A stretch of 64,000 nucleotides of DNA, taken from NCBI GenBank assembly GCA_977020255.1, contig CDROCS010000088.1:1-64000 (forward strand). The letters are read 5' to 3'. A model generated the notes under the pieces. The model made no database searches. It was not told the origin of the DNA and saw only the letters and a program-made list of their open reading frames with translations. This DNA is from Obrimoposthia wandeli. Its lineage: Eukaryota. Position numbers and translations under genes: made by a program. Positions within the stretch are counted from its first letter, which is position 1. Each line of letters opens with the position of its first letter. This document shows positions 12,794 through 24,200 of the stretch, one piece after another.

Positions 12794-13385
12794 TCATTCA
12801 TTCATGATATACTCATCCGGATGAAGATAATGACCATATGCAACTGACCGATTTTTTTCAACCCATTTTCGCTTATCATCCGCACTACACAATGATATTT
12901 TAGATAAATGCATAGTATATAGCTGATGATTAACGGAAGTTATACGACTTTGTTGAACACGCTCACTTATACCTGTCTCATAAACAGCTAAGTAATTCTC
13001 GTGTTTTAAATTACTCTGTTTAAGATTAATTCCCTTTGCTCTCATATGTGATTCATCATTGATAGTTTTTAGGCTATAACATTTTGGACGAAGAAATATA
13101 CATTCCGTATAAGTACAAATACCCTTACTTTCATCCTTAAATTTTCCTATCGCAGTGTTAGCTGTTGAATAAAGAGGGTGATTTTTAGGATACTTAGATG
13201 TATCTAATAATCCATCAGAAACCATTGCTGGTAGCAATTGTGCTTCTACATCCACATTTCTACATTTCAAGAAGAAACTGTCAGTATCCCCAGCAACAAT
13301 TCTAATATCACAACTAAATTCCTGCGATATTTTTCAAGTTGCACGTACTGGAGCTCATACATTCGCAATTTGCTAAGATCTAGTA
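12794..13385 (-). pseudogene. pPolB C-terminal fragment from a second subfamily
   Basis: LDLSKLRMYELQY..IVAGDTDSFFLKC..GKFKDESKG..LRPKCYS..DDKRKW..SVAYGH. Similar to, but distinct from, the C-terminus of ORF 19292-20233. Confidence 0.92.
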
Positions 13386-13633
13386 GTCATGAATGAGAAC
13401 TTGTAAATATATTGAAATCCTTTCATTCTACTGAATTCATGAATCATAAATCGACTCAATTATACCAAATCCATGATAATTAATCAAATACATCAAATAT
13501 CTGTATATTCATTGTAAAACACACATCAAATATCAAGTTAATCAATAAATACATGTAAATATGTTAAACCCCAACAAAGTTCTGGTCAAGCCTATTATAA
13601 ATAACTTTGAAAAGTAGAAAAATAAATTTTTTG

Positions 13634-13918
13634 AAGGTTTTAACCCTTAAAGGTTAGACCCTTGAGGATTAACCTTCGAAGAACCATCTGCAAAGTTCAA
13701 TGGGCTATCATATAGTTAAAACCTCATGTCAATACGATCTTTAGATAAAAAGTTATTCAAGTTTAAAACTATGTTACTAAGAATAGAAGGAAAAATAACA
13801 TGTTTAAAGGTTTTAACCCTTAAAGACCCTGAGGATTAACCTTCGAAGAACCATCTGCAAAGTTCGCTGGGCTATCCTATAGTTAAGTCTGCATGTCAAT
13901 ACGACCTTTAGATAAAAT
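13634..13918 (+). repeat. Direct duplication upstream of the MCP gene
   Basis: aaggttttaacccttaaag..gaggattaaccttcgaagaaccatctgcaaagttc..catgtcaatacga.ctttagataaaa occurs at ~13634 and ~13807. Confidence 0.85.
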
Positions 13919-15148
13919 GAGTTGTGCTAAAACCGAATTGTGTATTTTTGACAAACCACTGCCTCAGGTAGTAGTTGATAGTGCTAGTTTTGAGGAAATA
14001 TTTCCAACAAATACCGTCAGTGGAACTTCTTCTCCGGATTTGGAATTCAATATAAATGGATCGAATTCTCAATATCTTGATTTGAATGATAGTCTACTTC
14101 TCGTGAAATTGAAGGTTACAAATCAAGGAGGTGCTAAACTAGAAGATGATTTGGAAATCAAAGCGGCCAATTTCATGTTTCATACGTTATTTAAGGATGT
14201 GATTCTCTGTTTCAATAATGTTAAGGTCGAAGGAAATAATACAAGTTATACGCATAAAGCAATGATTGAAACATTACTGAATTACGGAAATGATACGAAA
14301 TTGATTAATCTTGATGCTATTGGATTTGATGATGACGCAGAAAACAGAAAAGCTTGGATTGAAAAGTCTAAGGTATTGTCACTTTGTGGAAGTCTTCATT
14401 TGGATTTCTTTTTAAGAAGCCAAAGTATCTTTTGCCTGGAATAAATGTCCATATTAGAATGAAGAGAAACCCTGTAGGTTTCAGTATTGTTTGCGCCGAA
14501 ACAATTACTCCTGCAATTGAGATTACAGAAGCAAAGTTGCTGGTTCGTAGAGTAAAGGTTGAACTATCAGTACTTATCGCTCATCGCATGGGGCTTGAGA
14601 AGCAAAATGCATGTTATCCAATAAGAAAAACTAATCTTGTTTCTCATGCAATTCCCACTGGAGCGCTTTCCTATTACAAGGACCAGATTTTCGGTGACAT
14701 GCAGCTCCCGAACTTTGTTTTGATTGCTTTCCAGAACACATCGACCTATGGAGGAAGTTCTAAAAGGGAAGTTTCTCAATTTGGTCATATGCATGTGAAC
14801 TCAATAAAACTTGCACGTAATATTGATTATCAGGAAACTTACTCTAATGACTTTGAAAACGATGATTATGTGTTTTCTTATGTGCAATCTCTAATTAGAA
14901 ATCTTGGTCATTTGGATAAGGATTCCAATGTCGGTATTTCATTGCAAGATTTCAAAAACAAGTATACACTATTCACATTTGTTCTTTCTCCGGATTTCGA
15001 CATTACCCAAGCTCAAATTCCTAAACAGGGAAATTTGAAAGTAGAAATCAAGTTTACCAAAGCACTTAAAAATCCAACAAATATCATAATCTATGGAGTA
15101 TTTGATTCTGAGGTTCAAATCACTAAGGGTGGAACTGTACTTGTATAA
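13917..15148 (+). pseudogene. Polinton major capsid protein (double jelly-roll), one frameshift near 14410
   Basis: MSCAKTELCIFDKPLPQVVV..YLDLNDSLL..KPKYLLPGINV..GNLKVEIKF..IYGVFDSEVQITK. Clearly homologous to 58965-60185. Confidence 0.9.
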
Positions 15149-15177
15149 ACAGAAAATGATTCAAAATCAATTAAAAA

Positions 15178-15565
15178 ATGAAGTAAGCCTCTTTTATTGT
15201 ATTAATTAATATATAATTTTAGTTCTGACGAGATATTAACTAGCGGAAGAAAACTACTCGGTTCGCGTTTCAATGGAGTTTTCAGTCTTGATCGTATACC
15301 ATCATTGATTCACTCAGGAGGATATGTAATAAATACGCATTCATCAAATCTGCCTGGAGAACATTGGATTGCAATATATGTCTTGCTAAACAAAATATTT
15401 GTATTTGATCCCTATGGCTTATATTACCTATCTAAATTAGTCTCTACAGTACTTGATTCAAATAAGAAAGTACATTTCAATAAAATACAATACCAAAGCG
15501 CTTTAACACAATCTTGCGGACAAATCTGTTTACTGTGGCTGGCAAGCATAAACAATTTCAAATAA
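15178..15565 (+). CDS. Adenain-type cysteine protease, two exons (15178-15182; 15223-15565), 40-bp GT-AG intron
   Basis: ATG AA|gtaagc...tttag|T TCT gives MNSDEIL..FNGVFSLD..GGYVINT..PGEHWIA..FDPYG..QSCGQIC with His/Asp/Cys catalytic motifs. Confidence 0.85.
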
Positions 15566-15582
15566 TAAATAATCTATCGAAT

Positions 15583-15997
15583 ATGTCTGTTTATTTTATT
15601 GATTTTGAAGCATTTATTGATAATAATTCTGAATTTATAATAAAGGAACTATGTATAATGAATGTGAATGCGATCTTCTATCCCAAACATTATGTTTTCA
15701 AAATACAACCAGTATGGGATAAGATGAATTATAAATCATTAAAAATAAATAGATATTTAATAAATCATTATCATTAATTGAATTTATGTGATGGATATAG
15801 TTTCTTTAATCCAAAGGAAATCAAAAAATCATTTTCCAATTCAATTTTCTAATTTTAGAATCGTTAATTACTCTAAAACGTTGAAGAGTCTTTCACCTGT
15901 TCCATTTAATATTAAATGCCCATATAATGATCATGGTCATCATTGCGCCTATAATAAATGTTTATCTGGATGTATAGATTATTTGAATATTAATTAG
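15583..15997 (+). pseudogene. Small DnaQ/DEDD-like Polinton accessory protein, disrupted
   Basis: YFIDFEAFID..FIIKELC..CPY..HGHHCAYNKC. Homologous to 60612-61064, with a stop and a deletion. Confidence 0.65.
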
Positions 15998-16101
15998 GAT
16001 TCGTTAAGGGCTCAAATGATGTAATACTGTCTCAAGAAAGTATACTGGAAAAAATTACATAATCATTAAATATTATTGGCCAACAAATTTCTTTAGATTA
16101 G

Positions 16102-16107
16102 TATAAA
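16102..16107 (+). promoter_or_regulatory. Candidate TATA box of the pPolB gene in A
   Basis: TATAAA lies about 35 bp upstream of the ATG at 16141. Confidence 0.4.
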
Positions 16108-16140
16108 GTACAGAACGAATCTAAAGAAAGTGCGCACAAT

Positions 16141-19100
16141 ATGAATAACGTAAGTTTTTATTTAAAATTTTTATATTTTATATTTATTTTTAGTGCAACA
16201 TGAACAAGAATCTATGCTTTGATGATCAACATCACGAGTGTGGAATACAAATGAAGGCCTATTTCAAGAAAATCTTCAACCGAAAGACATATTTTATCTG
16301 TCCGCAATGCGAATCAGTCCAGGACATCGGTTGGACGACGTTCGTGAATGAGCACGAGCGTCATCTCGGATACTTCCAAGCTCGTGGAAAATCAGCGATA
16401 TTCCGGAATTCTCCACAGAACAGCATGAGCTATAGATCAGTTCAAGCTCCAGTGGTAGTTGCTGATCAAGTTCAAGCTCCAGTGGTAGTAGCTCCTGTAG
16501 TAGTAGCTCCTGTAGTAGCTGATTCAGTTCAAACTTCAGTTCAAGATCCTGTAGTAGCTGCTGCTGATCCTGTCAATGTTCCTGCTGATGATGATCCTGT
16601 CAATGTTTCTGCTGCTGATCCTGTCAATGTTCCTGCTGCTGATGATCCAGTCAAAGTTCCTGCTGCTCCTCGAAAACGGATTATGCCCCCGTCAAGTATG
16701 TTAAGCGCGATACCATCAACTAGTGGTGCATCTGCGGCTAAGAGTGCTAGGTTAGGGGTTTTAAGAGAAAAGAGAGGACTAAGGGGGTCTTATGTGACAT
16801 TATCGTTAGATTTGACTAGCGATAATGTTTTTGAATTAAATGTGCCGCAACACTTTATAGAATCCTTAAAAGTAACAGTTGGAGAATTTGCTACTTGTAA
16901 AGTGCAATTCGGTATCAAGGTGGAGTTTGAGAATGAGAGTGGTGTGAAACAATGGAATGTTTCTAACAAGGCCACTACATTCACTCCCGTTTTAATTGAT
17001 AGGGGTATAGAGTCTCTCAATGCGAAAATTGAGAAGTACTCTCAGAATGCCAGTAATTGGGTTCTGAAGAGGGTACTTGAAATTTATTTCATAGTAACCC
17101 GAACAACAATAATCAATAGACTACAGGGGAGTGCATTTATTCCAACATGTGACGTGTTGAAGGCATCAAGGTGCATCATTAATATTCAAAATTCTGGTGT
17201 ACTTTGTTTCATTTACAGCATTTTAGCTGTTTTGAAATATAATATTATTCCGGGACATAGGTATAGGGCATCCCAATATAATGAATTTTTATGGGAATTG
17301 AAATACGAGGATGAGGATATGCCAATGAGACTATCGGATATTCCGAGATTTGAAAGAGAAAATCCATCTCTCTCAATCAATGTATTTTCCTATAATAGGT
17401 TTGGACTATTGCCGAATAATCAGGAGATTTTCAAGAATCCGTTTATTGATGTGATATATCGGACTTGTAATCCTGATGGGGATCCGGTGAATATCCTTCT
17501 TATTGAGGAGAATGGATCTTTTCACTACACTGCAGTACCGAAACTTAATAAATTACTGAATTTTCGTAATAGAGGAGTAGGTACGCAAATTCAGAGTACC
17601 TGCACGGGTTCCGGAGAGCGCTCAGCTACGAAAAGCATATTCCTCTCTGTCGCATGAATCTAGATCGGAGCACGTTATTCACCATGCCTGCGGACCCGGT
17701 GATTACGTTTAAGGATTTCAAGAAAACAATATCTCCGCCCTTCGTCGTATATGGGGATTTCGAGTCGGTTCTTGCTCCTCACGGGATTCATCATCAGATT
17801 CATCTCCCGATAGCGGCCGGTATGTTGATGTCTCCTGTTTCCGCGATTGGATACACCCAAGACTATTCGGTCTATACTGGAGAAAACTGTGTAGTTGACT
17901 TTCTGAAGAAACTGGAGGACTTGGTGAAGTCTGTGGTGCTGCCCTGGTACAGACAGCATGCAGAGGAAGTTATGAAGCCACTTACACCGGAACAGGTAGC
18001 GAGTTACGTAGCGGCCACAAAATGTTACCTGTGTAATAAGCGCTGCGTAAATAAGGTCCGGGATCATGATCACATGACCGGAGAATTTCTTGGAGCTGCC
18101 CATTCTAATTGTAATTTGTCACGAAGACTGAATCGTGCTCTCCCAGTAGTTTTCCATAACCTGAGAGGGTACGATCTCCATCACATTCTCAAGCATGCAC
18201 TGAGCAAGTTTCCTCATTGTAGTATTTCAGTGATTCCTCAATCAACTGAAAAATTCCAGGCGATGCTCGCGCACATTGATGGAGTGTGTATTCGATTTAT
18301 CGACTCACTTCAGTTTCTGGATAGCAGTCTCGAGAAACTCGTTGGAAATTTAGGAAATGTCCTGCTTACAAATTCAATTTTCCCACTTCATCTCATCACG
18401 GGAAAAGGAATCTTCCCATACGATCTAGCGGTATCGGAGACTGCTCTTAGAGAAATCCCAAGCCTCCCCGCGAAATGGAACGATGACATCAGCAATGACC
18501 AGTACGAGCATGCAAAGAAGGTATGGACCGATCTCCAGTGCACTTCACTCTGGGACTATATGTTGGTTTACCTGAAAATCGACGTATACCTGCTCGCCGA
18601 TGTCTTCACGGCTTTCCGGTATCGGGCTATCTCAGACGACGGACTGGAACCTCTCAACTTCTTCTCGATACCTGGTTTGTTTAAATATACTGTTTGTAAA
18701 GTTTTGGTAATATTTAAAAATACTCAAATTATTTTTGTATATTTTCTGTAATTTTTTGAAAAATAATCAATTTAATCAATTTCAGGATTAACCTTCGCGA
18801 GCGCCTTCAAATCATTACTGGGCACCGAGGCAACCGATACAAGCCCAGCTATTCCGGCAGGACCTACAGTGGAACTCATCCAGAATCCGGAAATGCATCA
18901 GATGTTTCATGAAGGAATTCGAGGCGGAATGACCTTCGTCAATGAACATCACGTATCCACGGAGAATGGTGACACTTTATTATATATTGACGTGAATAAT
19001 TTATATGGCTGGGCCATGTCCCAATTTCTACCGGTAGGAAAGTTTTCATGGGTGATTGATCGGGTAGAGTTAGGGGACTTAATATCAGAACTTTCATATA

Positions 19101-20233
19101 AGGATTTAAGCTGTAGTCAACATGCACATTTAGTTGAAGTCGACTTGTGCATTCCCGATAATTTACATGATTATTTAGATGATCTACCTTTAGCTCCTAA
19201 AAAGGATTGCCCACCTGGTAGCAAAACAGCTAAACTACTTTTGACTCATTGAGTAAAAAGACACTATCTTGTCCATTCTCGTCTGCTTCAGATGTATCTT
19301 AGACTCGTTGCAAAGATACAAGCTGTTCATCGTGCAGTCAAGTTTGAACAAACTAATGTCTTTGAGCAGTATATCAAATCAAATTCAGAAAAGAGGGCTA
19401 TGGCAACAAATGATTTTGAGAAAGATTATTATAAGTTAAAGGTTAATTCTCTTTTTGGAAAATTAATAGAAAATTTGAAAAAGAGAATTAACCTAAGAAT
19501 ATGTAATACAGTACAGAAACTTGTAACTTATTGTAGTAAGGCTCAATTTCGTAAGTCTATAGAAATAGATGATGACCTTGTTGCGGTTTTACTCAACAAG
19601 GATATTATTTGTTTGGATAGACCAAGTTACATAGGGCAGGCGGTATTAGATCTGAGTAAGTTGAGGATGTACGAGCTCCAATACACTCAGTTAGAGAAGT
19701 ACAGAGTACAATTTAACTGCTCCATTAGAATTGTTGCGGGTGATACGGACAGATTCTTTCTAAAATGTAGAAACGTAAATGTTCAAGCTGACTTATTGCC
19801 CGCCATGATAACCGATGGATTATTGGATACCTCTAAATATCCTATAACCCACCCACTCTATTCGACTGCGAATACGGAAATAGGCAAATTTAAGGACGAG
19901 AGTAAAGGGATATGTACTTACAAGGAGTGCATATTTTTAAATCCTAAATGTTATAGTATGTTGACTACGGCTGAAGATTCGCATATGAGAGCGAAGGGTA
20001 TTAGCTTAAGGCAAACTAACTTAAAACATAGTAATTTCCTTGCTGTGTACGAAAGCGGAGTAAGTGAGCGTGTGCAGCAGAGCCGCATAAGCTCATTTAA
20101 TCATCAATTGTATACAGTAAAGATGACTAAAATTGCCTTAAGTAGTTCTGATAATAAACGTAAATGGGTGGAAAAGAACCGATCAGTTGCGTATGGACAC
20201 TTTCTCTATCCAGATATTGTAGAAATTGTTTGA
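16141..20233 (+). pseudogene. Protein-primed DNA polymerase B of A, with introns 16150-16193 and 18675-18785; frameshift near 17600; stop near 19250
   Basis: Motifs: IINIQNSGVLCFIYS and FHY (vOTU-like); VVYGDFES; CYLC..RDHDH.TG..CNL; FHNLRGYD; YIDVNNLYG; KLKVNSLFGK; AGDTDR. Confidence 0.93.
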
Positions 20234-20488
20234 TTTAAGGAATATATTGTTAAGTGAATTGTGTTTATTTAAACTTGTTTTTCTAACAAATATTCTTTAT
20301 TTTCTTATATAAATTTCAAAATGTATTTTAAAACATAAATTTTAACGTAACCTAGAGTAAAATATCCTTTGATCCTAAACATGCATAAAGCTCTTACATC
20401 ATTTAACCCTTTACACACATTTACTTAGTTTCCCCATTTAGTATTACATCATTTAACCCTTTCCCAGGCTTCCAATATCTTATAATTT

Positions 20489-20820
20489 GAAAATTATGAA
20501 TTTATTCCATCAAAATTAAACTTGACCTAACTAATGACTGGAATTGGCTAACATTCAGTATTTGAAATTATTATTTCTGGATAGCCAGAGAGAAACTATA
20601 TTTAGAAATCAATAAATCATTACTTAAATTTAATTTTAAATCAAACATTTTACCCTTATTATAAATTCAAAAAATTATTGATTTACGAAAATCTGTTGAA
20701 AATTATGTATTTATTCCTTCAAAATTAAACTTGGTCTAACTAATGACTGGAATTGGCTAACAATTGGGATTTGAAATTATTATTTCTGGATAGCCAGAGA
20801 GAAACTCTATTTAGAAACCT
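20489..20820 (+). repeat. Direct repeat, ~120-bp unit, 209-bp period
   Basis: gaaaattatg.atttattcc.tcaaaattaaacttg..ctaactaatgactggaattggctaaca at 20489 and 20698. Confidence 0.85.
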
Positions 20821-20881
20821 TTCAAACACTAACGAATAGTAAATTATTCGAGTAGTATTTCGAGTATTAAAAAGCGTTAGT

Positions 20882-21295
20882 AATCGAGGTGGCCCGAAAG
20901 ACACACGGTTTATTTGGTCTAAAATGAGTGAAATAGCCCTAAAATCCCTTAAAATGCCTCGAAATTCAGGTTTTTGCCTGTAAATTTGCCTAAGACCTAT
21001 ACACATACGTAAAATCTACCTGGAAATATCTCAAAATTGTCCTGAGAGTCGCTTAAACAGCCTCAGGAATCGAGGTGGCCCGAAAGACACACGTTATTTT
21101 TGGTCTAAAATGAGTGAAATAGACCTAAAATCCCTTAAAATGCCTCGAAATTCCAGTTTTTGCCTGTAAATGTGCCTAAGGCCTATACACATGCGTAAAA
21201 TCTACATGGAAATATCTCAAAATTGTCCTGAGAGTCGCTTAAACGGCCTCAGGAATCGAGGTGGCCCGAAAGACACACGTGTTTTTCCGTCTAAA
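20882..21295 (+). repeat. 186-bp subterminal tandem repeats (right end of A)
   Basis: aatcgaggtggcccgaaagacacacg at 20882, 21068 and 21254. Confidence 0.92.
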
Positions 21296-24200
21296 ATATG
21301 TCCGAAAATGACCGAATATTGACCGAAAATGACCGATTTTGTCACGACGATTCGTCTAAATTTGTCCCTAATTTAGGGAGTACAACATGTTTTGACTAAA
21401 ATTTCCAGAAAATTCGTCTAAATTTGTCCCTAATTTAGGGAGTTTGACCAGTTTTGAGTGAAATTTTCTGAAAAAATTCTGTCGCTGGGGAGGGGGGTGG
21501 GGGGGGGGTGGCCCGAAAGACACATATCCCCCTACTCATGTAATAACATATATATGAAAATACCCATAACTGATGATACAGAAGGACATAGACAATGGAT
21601 TCACTTTGACTAATCAGCCCATTTATGGTACTGTAAAAAGCCGAGATTAGACAGACACCAATACTACAAATGTGGTTACTTAAAAATAAAAATTGACAAC
21701 TATTAATTATTAACAAGTAAAACCGACAACAAACGATAACCTTTCAGTTAAAAATACATTTCTATATAAAGTAATATATAATTTTTGCACTCAAACTGAT
21801 GGCGATACATCGAATGTTGCAAAAAAAAAGCACTATAGTAATAAAAATATTCCGCTATTAGATAAGATCCATATAGGCAATTGGGATATGAAACTACCAA
21901 GCATGTCTAGAAACTGAGATTGGAGTTTATCAATGTACAAGATTAAACATAATAGGTCTTCTTTTTAAATATTATTGTGAATCAAAGATTTTGTCTCACA
22001 TAATTTATTATTCCGAAACCAATCTTAAACATAAATTAATAAACACGGATAGTTTTATTTAGAAACTATGAAATATTTTCATTCCAAACATGAAAAATAA
22101 GCCTTTGGACAGGTGACATTTTCAACAAAGTTGCCTTCCTGAAATATTGAATCGGAACAACATAGAAACACAAAGATATTCATGAAATACAGTATGGTGG
22201 TACAATTGTCCTATTTCATCTAGTTAAGATTACAAATATTTATAACTGTCTAGCTGACGTGACTTGCATTTTTTTGTCTGCCACAGCTTATGCTGTACAT
22301 GTTAATAAAAACTTCAGTGCAATGCGCGTGTCTGTTACTTGTTAGACAAATCGCTCACGACAAAAATGAGTTTGATACCATACATCACTATTTTCTGTTA
22401 TATTAGATAACCCTTGTTTAGGTCTATTTGTATGTGCCCAATTTTGTGGCCATCATAGCATTTTAAAATAGTTTTTGACGAGTTTTAAAGTAGTTAAAAT
22501 AAATCGGGATTATTGCTTTGGGTTTTTCAGTATATTTAAACTTTTAAAATAATCTTTAAAAAAATCGTAACAAAAATGAAACAATCTAAATTAAAACACG
22601 CCATTATATACAGGATAATTCAAAGTAATGGTCACAAATTCAATTCCTAGTAATTTACAAAATTTACTTTGTATAGAATACATTTTTCTTTTAATTTCTT
22701 TATAAAATCTCAATTTCATGAGATTAGGAATTGAAGCTGAAATAGTCATTGTGATCACCTTCTACACATAAGTAATTTTTGCTTCAGATAGAGTCAAAAA
22801 TGCTACAATTTACAAATGTAATTAAATTTAAGAAATCAAAGATGCGTTATTATATTGATAAAAATATTCCTAAAAGCAATTTAAAAAAGTCGAACATTCA
22901 TATATTTTATAAGTTTTAATAGAATTATATAAACTTTATTTTTAATCTCTATCAAATGGCCCAGAAAATTCGAATCATTTCTGCTCTAATGGCATATATG
23001 TTTTTAACCCAATATGATTATGATTGATATAAATTACAATGTTAAATTTTTAAAATCCCTTGTTTATTAATCGAATTACCAACTTTGAAAATTTAAAATT
23101 TACAAGAAAGTCATTTATTGAATTTCAGTACAATTTTAATGGTAATTAAATTACGTTAATTGAAATTGCAAAATTAAAATCGTAAAGCAAATATCAAACT
23201 AATGAGCATGTCAGTTGTTTCTTAAAATCTCAATTCTCTGAAAACAATTAATTTAAACACTCAGAGGATGCAATTACTTTTTTCGTGAGTTAGCTAAAAT
23301 TAATTAAGCTAACTGAGAAATCAGTTTCAACAACACGACGAATTTACAGATTTGTCAACAATTCAAACAATTGTTATAATTTCCTTGGAAACTGTTAAAA
23401 AAGAAAGTTAGCCTCAAAATCAATGTATCTAAAATTTGCTACGTCAAGGTTTCACAATTTCATTTACTGAAATGTAGTGATTTTATAACGAATACCTTTG
23501 ACAGCGTTCTTTTCAACATATCGTTATTATTCTATCTCAATTTATTCCCCTTATTTGAAAAAAACTTTTAAAGATAAAAAATTATACTCATACAGTAACA
23601 TACATTTATTCAAATAGACTGAGTCTTTTTACACCGAAAATTACGACATCGAAAGTCGAATTTTATAACTTTAAAACATAAATTTCAAATTGACATAACA
23701 CAAATTAAAAAAAAATGATTACTAAATAATTTTTTTCACTGTTGGATGTTTGTTGATTATTTGTATTTACTATTTTTCATTTATTATCAAAAAAAGTATT
23801 ACAATTTCAGAGTTATGAAAAAGAAACATTGAATTCTGAATCCTTTTTAAATCTGAAATTAAAGTTTCAAAGTTAGGAAATTTTAATTTTTTAAATATTT
23901 ATTTTTTCTTTTATAATAAAATTTTGGTTTAAATTATTAAAATAAGTATTTTATATTTTCGTTCGTTCTCTCTGTGTTTATAAAGAATAATATTTCTATT
24001 GTTATGAAAACTTTTAAATTATATTATAAATTTTCAAAATTTCTGAATCCATTAAAAATAACGAAAAACTCCACAACATCTATTTTTTATAAAAGTTTTA
24101 CGACTAGTGATTTATTTATAGTGAATCAACATTATTTGAAAAAAATTCTTTAGGGATGATAATTTAAATGACTGGATATTAGTCAGTAATTCCTCCTACG

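Larger units (their letters stand above)
12111..21536. mobile_element. Polinton/Maverick element A (decayed, non-autonomous, apparently chimeric)
   Basis: Starts AGTAG and ends CTACT. TSD CATGTA at 12105-12110 and 21537-21542. Short imperfect TIRs. Contains MCP, protease, exonuclease-like and pPolB genes. Confidence 0.9.

Noticed and set aside
13376-13387. AGATCT|AGTAGT at the break of the left pPolB fragment, resembling a nested Polinton end
   Set aside because: The following sequence does not resemble any TIR here, no partner end with AGATCT was seen, and most of the motif is explained by pPolB codons (VLDL).
21360-21445. CCCTAA-T-TTAGGG telomere-like motif
   Set aside because: Only single units in two short duplicated segments, not a telomeric array.
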